DNA from: Candidatus Solibacter sp.
GTDB lineage: Bacteria > Acidobacteriota > Terriglobia > Bryobacterales > Bryobacteraceae
Direction of reading: 5' to 3'
Length of the DNA stretch: 34,462 nt
Assembly: GCA_026394025.1 (NCBI GenBank)
Contig: JAPKZC010000317.1
Location: 1-34,462 of the forward strand
In this document: positions 17,646-27,742 of the stretch, piece by piece
How positions within the stretch are numbered: position 1 is the stretch's first letter
Layout: every line of letters begins with the position of its first letter
The notes under the pieces: generated by a model
What the model saw: the letters and a program-made list of their open reading frames with translations, nothing else
Told to the model about the DNA's origin: nothing
Databases searched by the model: none
Translations under genes and position numbers: made by a program

Positions 17646-19328
17646 CTACTTCCAAAGTTTCCTGACCACTTGAATGACCACCAACGCGCTGACCGCGAAC
17701 ACTCCGCCCAGAATCATCGCATACCCGGTCCGCCCGTAGAGGAAATTACCGACCGTAAATAATGCCGACCAGATCATGGTACATCCCATGATCCACCCCG
17801 TGAGCGCCAGGGGAATATTGTCGCCTTCCACGGTGGCGGCGCTGGCCCGCGCCTGAATGTGCCGCCAGCCGGGACCGAAGGGGCGAACCTTTTCGTAGAA
17901 CGCCAGTAGCACCGCGGGGTCGGTCTGCGGGCCGACGTAAGCCGCCACGATCCAGGAGACGGTGGTGATCGCGATCCCGACGACCAACTGCTGCGAGAAG
18001 CCGAAGACCACGCCATTCTTGGAGAGAACCAGAAAGACGATGGCGGCGCCGAAGGAACTGATCATGGCCACGATCTCGCACCAGGCCGTGATCCGCCACC
18101 AGAACCAGCGCAGCAGATAGAGCAAGCCCACGAATAACAGCACCGTGGCATAGCGGCCTGCCAGCACGTAGTGCTTTTCGGGAGCATCGGCCTTGATGAA
18201 GCGGCGGTAGAAATCGTGGACCAGGTAGGAGGCGCCCCAGTTGAGGTGGGTCAGAATGGTGGAGGAGTTAGCCGCGATCAGGCCGCCCAGCATGAGCCCG
18301 ACCCAGCCGATGGGAAGGAAGCGCAGCATCGCGGGAAACGCGATGTCGTGACCCAGCAGTGTCGGGTCCAGATTGGGAAAGGCCTTCTGAATGTCGGACA
18401 GCTCGGGATACACGATCAGCGACGCGAGACCGACCAGAATCCAGGGCCACGGGCGCAACACGTAGTGTGCCACGTTGAAAAACAGCGTGCCGCCTAGCGA
18501 ATCCTTTTCGGATTTGGAGGCCAGCATGCGCTGCGCGATGTAGCTGCCGCCGCCGGGCTCCGCACCCGGATACCAGGTGGCCCACCATTGCACGGTGATG
18601 GGGATGATAAAGACGGCGACCGCGAGATCCCAGTTATTGGTGAAGTCCGGCAGCAGATTGAGGTAGTTCAGACCACCCGGACCCTTCATGACCGAGAGTT
18701 TGGCCACCAGGCCGGTGAGCCCACCCACCTGAGGCAGCGTCACCGCGAAGTAAGCCGCCGCGATTACTGCCGACATCTTGATGAAGAACTGGATCATGTC
18801 GATCACCAGCACTCCCCACAGTCCGGAGTAGGTGGCGAAGACCACGTTGAGCAAGCCCACCGCCAGCAGCGTCTGCCAGCGCTCCAGGCCGAACAGGATG
18901 GCCGCGATCTTGCAGGTGATGCAGTTGAAGAACAGGCCCAGGTACACGGCGCGAAACCCGCGCACGGCGCTGGCCGCTTTGCCGGAGTAGCGCAGTTCGT
19001 AGAATTCCAGATCGGTGAGCACGCCGGAACGCCGCCACAGGCGGGCGAAGAAGAATACCGTGGCCACCCCGGTGAGCGTAAAGGCCCACCACTGCCAGTT
19101 GCCGGCGACTCCCTGCGTGCGGACGAAGTTGGCAACCAGGTTTGGCGTATCGCTGGAAAACGTGGTGGCCACCATGGAGATGCCGGCCAGCCACCACGGG
19201 ACCGAGCGGCCCGAGGCGAAGAACTCCGCTGTGCTTTTTCCGGAGCGCTTTCCGAAGAACAGCGCGGGTACAAAACAGATGGCGACCGACAGGAACGCGA
19301 TGATCCAGTCGAGTGTGTGAAGGTGCAT
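17646..19328 (-). CDS. Sodium:solute symporter (SSS) family transporter
   Basis: FFASGRSVPWWLAGISMVATTFSSDTP, PGGGSYIAQRMLA, THLNWGASY. The start is set at ATG 19328, 5 bp after the kinase stop. Confidence 0.88.
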   Translation of the reverse strand: MHLHTLDWIIAFLSVAICFVPALFFGKRSGKSTAEFFASGRSVPWWLAGISMVATTFSSDTPNLVANFVRTQGVAGNWQWWAFTLTGVATVFFFARLWRRSGVLTDLEFYELRYSGKAASAVRGFRAVYLGLFFNCITCKIAAILFGLERWQTLLAVGLLNVVFATYSGLWGVLVIDMIQFFIKMSAVIAAAYFAVTLPQVGGLTGLVAKLSVMKGPGGLNYLNLLPDFTNNWDLAVAVFIIPITVQWWATWYPGAEPGGGSYIAQRMLASKSEKDSLGGTLFFNVAHYVLRPWPWILVGLASLIVYPELSDIQKAFPNLDPTLLGHDIAFPAMLRFLPIGWVGLMLGGLIAANSSTILTHLNWGASYLVHDFYRRFIKADAPEKHYVLAGRYATVLLFVGLLYLLRWFWWRITAWCEIVAMISSFGAAIVFLVLSKNGVVFGFSQQLVVGIAITTVSWIVAAYVGPQTDPAVLLAFYEKVRPFGPGWRHIQARASAATVEGDNIPLALTGWIMGCTMIWSALFTVGNFLYGRTGYAMILGGVFAVSALVVIQVVRKLWK

Positions 19329-19333
19329 AGGAA

Positions 19334-20413
19334 CTATGAGTTTACAGCGCCGGGACCCGGTTCGGCATGAAGAATGTGGTCGGGGCTTCCGGAATAGAAA
19401 CGCTCCACCAGGCCCGCGTGTACCTGGGAGAGGTCGGCGCGGCGGCAAAAGACCACCGCACAGCCGCCGAATCCGCCGCCGGTGAGGCGCGCGCCCAGAG
19501 CGCCGGAATCCATGGCGGCCTCCACCAGGCGATCCAGCGCCGGGCAACTGATTTCGAGACGATCGCGCAGGCTGGCGTGGGAAGCGAGCAGCAGGCGGCC
19601 GAAGCGGGCGGAGTCGTCGTCATGCATCGCCTGCACGGCGTGGCGCACGCGGTAGGCCTCGGTGACCACGTGGAGGAACGCGGGCGGCAGATGTTTGGCC
19701 GCAGCCAGGGCGCGAAGCTCCTCCTCGGTCCTGCCCTGAATCGCCTCGGCGTACGATGCGAAACCCGTCTCGCGCAACGCCTCCGTGCCCGCGGTGCGGA
19801 CCGCGTTGTAGCGGTCGCGTACCGCGCCCGATTTCTCGGCCACTTGCAGGCTGTTGGCCACCAGAAAGGCCCAGCCGGCGGGAATCGGAATGTGGTGCAC
19901 CGCGAGCGGCACGAACTCGATGAGCGACGCGCAGCCCTCGCGCGAAGCCAGCGATGCGGCGTGGTCCATGCCACCGCCCCGCGTACCCACGAACTGCTCG
20001 CCATCGGGGAGGATCTCCATCAGCTCTTCGAAGGACGCCACGCGCCGGTTGGCGCGCAGCAGCGCCAGGGTGACGGCGACAATCAGCGCGGACGATGACG
20101 AGAGCCCCGCCGCCGGCGGCAGGTCGGCTTCGATAGTGGCATCGATGCCGTTCATGACTCCCCACTTGCCGGCGATGGCCTGCGCGGCGGCGCGCAGGTA
20201 GTTCTCCCAATCGCCGCGCGCGACGGGCGTGAGGCCGCGCTTCCAGGCAAATTCGCGGTGCCCGTAGGCGCCGCTGGAGACGCGTATCTGGCAATCGGCG
20301 CGCGCCTGGAATTGAATGCGAATCGAGCGGCGGAGCGCCATGGGAAGCACGGGGAGGCCGTGGTAGTCGATATGTTCGCCGATCAGGTTGACACGCCCGG
20401 GAGCCGAGACCAT
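19334..20413 (-). CDS. galK: Galactokinase-family GHMP kinase (GALK2/GalNAc-kinase-like motifs)
   Basis: APGRVNLIGEHIDY, PPAAGLSSSSA, GGGMDH, GARLTGGGFGGC. The start is set at ATG 20413. Confidence 0.85.
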   Translation of the reverse strand: MVSAPGRVNLIGEHIDYHGLPVLPMALRRSIRIQFQARADCQIRVSSGAYGHREFAWKRGLTPVARGDWENYLRAAAQAIAGKWGVMNGIDATIEADLPPAAGLSSSSALIVAVTLALLRANRRVASFEELMEILPDGEQFVGTRGGGMDHAASLASREGCASLIEFVPLAVHHIPIPAGWAFLVANSLQVAEKSGAVRDRYNAVRTAGTEALRETGFASYAEAIQGRTEEELRALAAAKHLPPAFLHVVTEAYRVRHAVQAMHDDDSARFGRLLLASHASLRDRLEISCPALDRLVEAAMDSGALGARLTGGGFGGCAVVFCRRADLSQVHAGLVERFYSGSPDHILHAEPGPGAVNS

Positions 20414-20491
20414 TGCCCCACGATAACATTCCCGTGGGACAGACCACGCGGGCGGGCCCACAGGCTGCACCGTCCCGCGCGACCCTGTGGC

Positions 20492-21358
20492 TTACGCCGA
20501 AAAGCCCGCCTTCTTCTCTTCCGGGGTGGTATCGAACGTGGCCGGCATTCTGAGTTCGCCCTCTTCAAAGTAAAACTCCCTGATTGCGCGCACGCTCAAC
20601 TTCCTGCCGCCGGAAGTTTCAGCCGCTGCCTGTTCACCTTCCTTCAGCCTGTCCGCAGGGGAGTTCTTCTTCGTTGGTACGGAGATTTTGATTACGCTGC
20701 CGAGTTCGTTGTCGGTCAACTTCAGGCCATCCACGTTCACCGAGAGGATCTGATCGAAATCCGGCGGCTTCACAATCGAGTGGGCGAGAAACAGCTCCTT
20801 TCCGCGGCCGAAAAGGAGATATTCCAGGGCGACCGGCGCCTGTGCGGCGGGATCGAACTTGCGGAAGTGCACAATCTTCTGAATCTTCACAGTGACGTTT
20901 TGGAGGCCACGAATCAGTTTGCCACCGCGCTCCAGGTGTCCTCGCAAGACGGTTCCCTGAAATGACGTTAGCGGGGACGGAGCGGCGACCTGAGGAAGCA
21001 CGAAGTCCTTTGCCGGGCTGACCGTGAACATCTTGATCTCCGGATGGCTCCGCCGGTCCGCGAAATACAGCGGCCCCACGTCACTGCCGCGATTGTTGAA
21101 CGAGGCTTGCAGAATTACCTGGAACCGGTGAGGAGTGAGATAATCGGTCCCTTCCGGATTCAGTTGTTCAAACATCGGAAGGTGAGACAAAAACGCGGTT
21201 TGGCTCCCCACGAGCATCCAGTTGTGAGTCGCCGGAGCCTCATTAGGCGCGGGCTCGCCTCGTGCGGAATTCGATCGCGCAGCGGAGTACCCGGCGAGTG
21301 CAAGTGCGTGCAGCAATCCCCGCCGCGAAACTGCCGGCCCACTCTGTTTTTCGTGCAT
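20492..21358 (-). CDS. Hypothetical protein with a Tat-like signal
   Basis: 288-aa ORF; VSRRGLLHALAL; GGAGGG upstream; internal repeat-like motifs FLSHLPMF and FLAHSIVKPPDFDQI. No function assigned. Confidence 0.7.
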   Translation of the reverse strand: MHEKQSGPAVSRRGLLHALALAGYSAARSNSARGEPAPNEAPATHNWMLVGSQTAFLSHLPMFEQLNPEGTDYLTPHRFQVILQASFNNRGSDVGPLYFADRRSHPEIKMFTVSPAKDFVLPQVAAPSPLTSFQGTVLRGHLERGGKLIRGLQNVTVKIQKIVHFRKFDPAAQAPVALEYLLFGRGKELFLAHSIVKPPDFDQILSVNVDGLKLTDNELGSVIKISVPTKKNSPADRLKEGEQAAAETSGGRKLSVRAIREFYFEEGELRMPATFDTTPEEKKAGFSA

Positions 21359-21469
21359 ACCCAGTACCCTCCATGCTGGAACTGTTCAGACAGCCTGTAT
21401 CGCCGTCCACCAGCGAACACCAACGGTGTCCAATACTATACACGATGGGGGTTCGCGAGCGTGCGGGAG

Positions 21470-22455
21470 TTACGAGTTGCTCTTGAGCTGGCCGCAGGCG
21501 GCGTAAATATCGAGCCCGCGCGGCTTGCGCACGAAGCAGGGAAGCCCGCGGCGGACGATTGTCTGGAAGCTGGCGACGCGCTCTGGGAGCGGCGTGGCGT
21601 AGGGGATTCCGGGGCCGGGATTAAGGGCGATCAGGTTGACTTTGGCGTTGAGGTTGGCGAGGAGCTTGACGACGCGTCGCGCGTCGGCGTCGCTATCGTT
21701 GACCCGATCGAGTAGCACGTATTCGAACGTGAGTTTCTCCCAGGGGCGCAGCGGATAGGACTTACAGGCGGCCAGCAGATCCTTCAGATGATACTTTTGG
21801 GTGATCGGCATGAGTCGAGTTTGGGACGGACCGGTTCGCGGCCGAGTTCGGCCATCTTGGGGATGATGCCGGCGGTGGAGACGGTGATGCGGCGCGGGGA
21901 GAGCGCAAAGCCGGCGGGGTCTAGCAGAATGCGCGTGGCTTTGACCACATTGGGCAGGTTCAAGAGAGGATCGCCCTGCCCCATCATGACGATGTTGAGA
22001 CGCCCCCCCTCCTGGCGGAGTTGGTTCTCGCGTGCCACCAGCAACACCTGGCCTACGATTTCGCCGGCGGTGAGGCTGCGTTCCAGGCCCATAAGGGCGG
22101 TCATGCAGAACTTGCAATCCACCGGGCAGCCCACCTGGCTGGAGATACAGATGGTGTCGCGCTCGCCTTCGGGCATGAGCACGGTTTCGACGGTGCGGCC
22201 GTCCTCCAGGCGGAGCAGGTAGCGGCGCGTACCGTCGGTGGATTCGAAAAGGCGATCGACCGTGGGGAGGCCCAGGGCGTGGCGTTCGGCGAGATCCTGG
22301 CGCAGGCGGACGGGCAGAGTGGAAATCTGCACCAGGTCCGCGGCTTGGCCGTGGTAGAGGGCTTGGTAAATCTGGCGGGCGCGGTACCCAGGCTGACCGG
22401 GGCCGAGGGCCTCACGGAGATCAGTCAGGTCCATCCCCACGAGCGGTTGGGACAT
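21470..22455 (-). pseudogene. rlmN: 23S rRNA m2A2503/tRNA methyltransferase RlmN, interrupted by an apparent deletion with frameshift near 21815
   Basis: [15 protein letters not shown] radical-SAM motif, [14 protein letters not shown] in one frame. [32 protein letters not shown] in the next frame. The AISLNA segment is missing at the junction. Confidence 0.9.
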
Positions 22456-22484
22456 TCTCTCCAGTCTAGCGGATGTGGAAAGAC

Positions 22485-22516
22485 GACAGACGACAAAAGG
22501 CGATCGTCAGTCCCAC
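22485..22516 (-). repeat. GTGG-type REP-like hairpin
   Basis: Minus strand reads GTGG-GACTGACGA-TCGCCTTTTG-TCGTCTGTC (8/9 stem). A related head, GTGGGACAGAC, is at 20434. Confidence 0.55.
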
Positions 22517-22567
22517 TGACGGCCGGAAGGTGCTACAAATGGAATAGGCCCCTTCCGCATTTCCGCA

Positions 22568-23854
22568 ATGACATCACCAAACAACCCTTTACGGGATATC
22601 GAAATGAGCACGCTGGGTAACGGCGTGCGCGTAGTTACCGAGGTCATGCCCCACGTGCGCAGCGTGTCGGTGGGGATCTGGATTGGCTCGGGCTCGCGGC
22701 GGGAATCGACGGAGCAGAATGGCATCGCGCACTTTATCGAGCACATGCTGTTCAAAGGCACCACTAGCCGGTCGGCCGAGGACATCGCGCGCGCGGTGGA
22801 CGCGCTGGGCGGAAACCTGGACGCCTTCACGGCGAAGGAACTGGTGTGTTTCAATACCAAGGTGCTGGATCAGCACCTGTCGCAAGCCTTCGACGTACTG
22901 GCGGACCTGGTGCTGCACCCGATGTTCCGGGAAGAGGATATCGAGAAGGAAAAGGGCGTCATCCTGGAAGAAATCAAGATGGAGGAGGACTCGCCGGACT
23001 ACCTGGTTCACGAGATCTTCTCGGCTAATTTCTGGAAAGATCACGCGCTGGGCAAGCCGATCCTGGGCACGCCGCATAGCGTGCGCCGCTTTGACAGCAC
23101 CATGGTGCGGGATTTCTACAATGCGGTTTACGCGCCGGCGAACCTGCTGGTGACGGCGGCCGGAAACCTGACCCACGAGGGGCTGACGACGCTGGTGAGG
23201 CAGCACTTCGAAGGGCTGCCCAAGGGCGATGCGGCGCCCGCGGAGCAGGTTCCGAGCACGCACGCCCGGATTGCCCTGCGCAATAAGAAATCGTTGGAGC
23301 AGGTGCACCTCTGCCTGGGGGTTCCGTCGTACCCGCTGCCGCACCATGACCGGTTTGCCTGCTACGTGTTGAACACCCTGCTGGGGGGAGGGATGAGTTC
23401 GCGCCTGTTCCAGAATATCCGCGAGCGGCAGGGGCTGGCCTATTCGGTGTTCAGCGAACTAAGCCCCTATCGGGACACGGGCTGCCTCTCCATTTATGCC
23501 GGGACAAGCGTGGAATCGGCGCGCAAAGTGGTGGAGTCCATCACCAGGGAATTCCGCGATCTCAAAGAGCGGCAGGTGAGCGATGAGGAGTTGCGGCGGG
23601 CCAAGGACCACCTCAAGGGTTCGCTGATGTTGGGTCTGGAATCGACGGGTAGCCGCATGTCGAACCTGGCGCGGCAGGAAATGTACTTCGGCAGGTTCTT
23701 CACCCTCGACGAGTTGCTGGAAAGCATCGAAACCGTGACCGCGGGCGACGTGCGGCGCATTGCGCGGACATTTTTCGACCCCAAGCAGATCGCGCTGACA
23801 ATTCTGGGCAATCTGGAGAAGTTCAAAATCGGCCGGGACGACCTGGCCTGCTGA
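22568..23854 (+). CDS. M16 (pitrilysin/MPP-like) zinc peptidase
   Basis: Inverted zinc motif HFIEH (HxxEH), EKEKGVILEEI, LGGGMSSRLFQNIRERQGLAYS. Confidence 0.92.
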   Translation: MTSPNNPLRDIEMSTLGNGVRVVTEVMPHVRSVSVGIWIGSGSRRESTEQNGIAHFIEHMLFKGTTSRSAEDIARAVDALGGNLDAFTAKELVCFNTKVLDQHLSQAFDVLADLVLHPMFREEDIEKEKGVILEEIKMEEDSPDYLVHEIFSANFWKDHALGKPILGTPHSVRRFDSTMVRDFYNAVYAPANLLVTAAGNLTHEGLTTLVRQHFEGLPKGDAAPAEQVPSTHARIALRNKKSLEQVHLCLGVPSYPLPHHDRFACYVLNTLLGGGMSSRLFQNIRERQGLAYSVFSELSPYRDTGCLSIYAGTSVESARKVVESITREFRDLKERQVSDEELRRAKDHLKGSLMLGLESTGSRMSNLARQEMYFGRFFTLDELLESIETVTAGDVRRIARTFFDPKQIALTILGNLEKFKIGRDDLAC

Positions 23855-23957
23855 GCTTCTCATTCTACTTGCAGCCAGCCGTTTTGAAACGCGCTGGTGA
23901 AATTGTGCGAACCCGCCAGCCCCTCCCTGCGTATTCCTTGCGAGGGCACTTGATTTC

Positions 23958-26346
23958 ATGAGTCTTTGGCAGGACATCCGTTACGGAGAACGCATGCTCC
24001 GTAAATCGCCCGGCTTCGCCATCATCGCCGTGCTCACGCTGGCGCTCGGGATCGGCGCCACCACCGCTGTATTCAGCGTTTGCGATGCGCTGCTGTGGAA
24101 GCCCATCGCCTTGCCTCGGCTGGAAAGCCTGGTGATGGTCCTGCAGCGCGTTCCGGACGAACCCAACGACTGGAACAGCGCCAACCCGGCCGATCTCGAC
24201 GACGTCCGCCGCCAGACCGCGGCGCTCGAAAACCTGGCCACCTCCGGAACGGGCCATGCAGACGCTGGTGAGCGCCAACTTCTTCACCACGTTCGGCGTC
24301 CAGCCGGTGCTGGGCCGCGGCTTCCAGGAGGGCGAAGACCAACCTGGCCGCGAGCGCGAAGTGGTACTCAGCGACCGCTTGTGGCGCCGCCGCTTCGCCG
24401 CCGACCCCGCCATTGTGGGCAAGAACATACGCCTGGACGACCAGAACTTCCTGGTCACGGGCGTGATGCCGGCCAGCTTCGATTTCCCCTTGGCCACTGA
24501 GCTCTGGACCCCGCATGCCTTCACCCCCGCGCAGCGCGCCGATCGGCGCAGCAACCCGTTGGAGGCCGCGGCCCGGCTCAAGCCGGGCCGCACCCTGGAA
24601 CAGGCCGGGGCCGAACTCACTTCGCTGGGCGCGCGTCTGGAAAAATCCTATCCGGACACCAACAAAGGCCGCCGCCTGATGGCCTGGCCGGCCCGCCGCT
24701 ACCTGGTGGACTCCTATACCCAGCAGTACGTCCTGATGCTATTGGGCGCGGTGATCTTCGTGCTGCTCATCGCCTGCGTGAATGTGGCCAACCTGCAGTT
24801 TGCCCGCGCCACCGGCCGTTTGCGCGAAGTGGCCGTGCGCACGGCGCTGGGCGCATCACGCTGGCGGGTGATCGCCCAACTGGTGACTGAAAGCGTGCTG
24901 CTCTCTGTCGCCGGCGCTGTCCTCGGCCTGCTGATCGCCAGATGGGGAATGGGCATGATCCGCGGTGGAATGCCGCCGGAGATCGAACGCTACATCCTCG
25001 GTTGGAAGGACATGCAGATGGATGGCCGCGCCCTGCTCTTCACCATGGTGGCCGCGGTCTTGAGCGGCATCCTGGCCGGCCTGGCGCCGGCGTGGCAATG
25101 CTCCCGCCCTAACCTCACCAACGCCCTCAAGGATGGCGGCCGCGGAGGCACGGCCGGCGGCGCGCGTCACCGTTTGCGCAATATCCTGGTGGCGAGCGAG
25201 GTGGCGTTGGCGGTGATCCTGTTGGTGGGCGCGGGCCTGATGGTCCGCGGATTTCGCAAGCTGGTGGAGAACGGCGAACGCCTCCAGCCCGCCACCTTGC
25301 TGACCATGCGCCTGGCCATCACCGATAACAAGTACCATGAACCCCACCGGCGCATCGCCTTCTACCGCGACGTGCTGGACCGCATCCGTGTGCTGCCCGG
25401 CGTGCGTAGTGCGGCCGCAGTCACGGCGCTACCCTACACTGGCCATGCCCACGGGCGCGGCTTCACCATCGAAGGCCGGCCTGCGGAACCGGACAAGCTT
25501 CCCAACGGCATGTATCAGGTGACTACCCCGGCCTATTTCGACATCGCGCACATCCCGCTGATGGCCGGCCGCCTGTTGAGCGAATCCGACGGGGCGGAGG
25601 CACCCCTGGTGGCGCTGATCAGCCAAGGCATGGCGCAGCGCTGGTGGAAGAACGAATCGCCCGTCGGCCAGCACATCCGGCTGGGCGGCCTCGATTCCAA
25701 AGCCCCCTGGCTGACCATCGTGGGCGTGGTGGGAGATATCGCGCACAACCCCTACGACCGCGAACCCCGCCGCACCATTTATGTCCCCTTCCCGCAGGCG
25801 CCCCAGTTGTGGATGGATATCGGCGTGCGCACCGCGGGCGATCCCTTGGCGCTGGCGCCGGCCATCCGTGCGGCCGTCCGCGCGGTGGACCGCGAGCAGC
25901 CCATCACCGACCTCCAAACCATGGAGCGGGCGATCCACAATCGCGCCATCGGCCTCAACTATATGGCCGTCCTGATGGGTGTTTTCGGCCTGCTCGCCCT
26001 CTGTCTGTCCGCCATCGGGGTCTACGGAGTCATGGCCTACATGGTTTCCGAGCAGACCCACGAAATCGGCATCCGCATGGCGCTCGGCGCGGAACGCCAA
26101 AACGTGCTCGCCATGGTCTTCCGGAGCGGCATGCTGACCATCGGCGCCGGCCTGGCCGTCGGACTCCCTATCGCCTGGGGTTTCGCGCGCCTCATGGCGT
26201 CGCTGATTTTCGGCGTCACCGCAAATGATGCCGCGACGTTCGTCACCATCCCCCTGGCGCTGATCTCCGCTGCGACGCTGGCGATCTATATCCCCGCCAG
26301 GCGAGCCACCAAAATCGACCCCCTCCTGGCTCTGCGTTACGAGTAA
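23958..26346 (+). pseudogene. ADOP-type (duplicated MacB/FtsX) ABC permease, frameshifted near 24243
   Basis: [16 protein letters not shown]...[14 protein letters not shown] in the first frame. VSANFF, LLIACVNVANL, REVAVRTALGA, EIGIRMALGA, PARRATKIDP in the second frame. Confidence 0.88.
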
Positions 26347-26413
26347 TGTACGCGGCAAAGGTGGCGCATGTGGCTCGCGGCGTCTCGACGAATGATGAGA
26401 ATACTGCTCCCCT

Positions 26414-26512
26414 GTTACGGGTCATGAGGTTTTTGACGCGCTCGACGTTGTTGGTGTCGATTGCCTGCTTGAGTTGCGCGATGGCATCCGGCTCTTGAGA
26501 ATCGTTCGGCAT
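26414..26512 (-). pseudogene. Short N-terminal remnant resembling an ankyrin-repeat protein
   Basis: AAGGACGAGG, then ATG 26512: MPNDSQEPDAIAQLKQAIDTNNVERVKNLMTRN, an ankyrin-like helix pair. The frame then loses plausibility and runs antisense into the permease. Confidence 0.4.
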
Positions 26513-26597
26513 GGCCCCTCGTCCTTTGACGCCGCGGAAATCCTCCCGGAAACCGGCAGGTAGGGAGGGCGCCGGCGGATCAATTACCATAGTTTAC

Positions 26598-27692
26598 ATG
26601 CACGTTTCGGAAATTGACACGCCGGCCCTCGTGGTGGACCTCGATATCTTTGAGCGCAACCTGGCCCGCGTTGCGGACTACGCGCGCGAGCACGGCTTGC
26701 GCTTGCGGCCCCACACCAAGACCCACAAATCGGTGCGCCTTGCCAAACGGCAAATTGCCTCCGGCGCAGCGGGGCTCACGGTAGCCAAAGTCTCCGAAGC
26801 CGAAATCATGCTGGCCGCCGAACCCGATGACCTGCTAGTGGCCTACCCCATCATCGGTCACACCAAACTCGCGCGCCTCACCCAGGTCGCGCGCCAAACG
26901 CGCGTCACGGTGGCGCTGGACAGCACCTTCGCCGCCCGCCAGCTTTCCGACGCGGCCCGTGCCGCGCAGGTGGAGGTCGGCGTGCTCGCCGAAGTCGATG
27001 CCGGCCTCGGCCGCGTCGGCGTCGCCCCCGGCGAGCCGCTACTGCAACTCGCGCGGGCAATCGGGAAACTGCCCCATCTGCGCTTCGATGGGATCGCATT
27101 CTATCCCGGCCACATCAAGAGTCTGGATGAATCCGGCCTCCGCGCCCTCGCCCAACTCTCCGATCTTCTGCGCGGCATACACGAAGGCTTCCGTGCCGCC
27201 GGTATCGAAATCGCGACGGTCAGCGGCGGGTCCACGCCGACACTCTTCCACTCCCACGAAGTCCACGGGCTTACCGAGATCCGCCCCGGCACCTACGTGT
27301 TCAACGACCTCAACACCATTCGCAGCGGCGCGTGCACGCTGCAAGATTGCGCCGCCACCATCCTAGCCACCGTGGTATCCACCTCCCGCCCCGGACAGAT
27401 GATCATCGATGGCGGCTCCAAAACGTTTTCCTCGGACCGCCTGGCGAACACCGCCGAAGCGACGTTCGGGCATCTTGTGGAAGCTCCAGGAGCTCGCTTC
27501 CACAAGATGAACGAAGAGCACGGCTTCATCGACCTGTCCCACGCCGAGGCGGAGTTCAGCGTCGGCGACCGCGTCCGCGTCATCCCAAACCACATTTGCG
27601 TCGCCGTCAATCTCCACGAAAAGGTCCACGGCGTGCGCGGCGACTCGGTGGAGGAGGTGTGGCCGGTGGACGCCCGCGGGAAATTGCAGTAG
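26598..27692 (+). CDS. PLP-dependent D-threonine aldolase / D-serine dehydratase (DSD1)-like enzyme, alanine racemase fold
   Basis: IDTPAL, LRPHTKTHK (PLP lysine), SGGSTPT, EIRPGTYVFND, EEHG, IPNHICVAVNL. The start is set at ATG 26598. Confidence 0.9.
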   Translation: MHVSEIDTPALVVDLDIFERNLARVADYAREHGLRLRPHTKTHKSVRLAKRQIASGAAGLTVAKVSEAEIMLAAEPDDLLVAYPIIGHTKLARLTQVARQTRVTVALDSTFAARQLSDAARAAQVEVGVLAEVDAGLGRVGVAPGEPLLQLARAIGKLPHLRFDGIAFYPGHIKSLDESGLRALAQLSDLLRGIHEGFRAAGIEIATVSGGSTPTLFHSHEVHGLTEIRPGTYVFNDLNTIRSGACTLQDCAATILATVVSTSRPGQMIIDGGSKTFSSDRLANTAEATFGHLVEAPGARFHKMNEEHGFIDLSHAEAEFSVGDRVRVIPNHICVAVNLHEKVHGVRGDSVEEVWPVDARGKLQ

Positions 27693-27722
27693 GACAGGCC
27701 TCCTGTGGCCTCCTGGCCTGTT
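27689..27722 (+). repeat. GTAG-type REP-like hairpin between convergent genes
   Basis: GTAG-GACAGGCC...GGCCTGTT; includes the TAG stop and an internal GGCCTCCTG repeat. Confidence 0.55.
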
Positions 27723-27742
27723 TGGATGGGCGAGTAAAGCGG

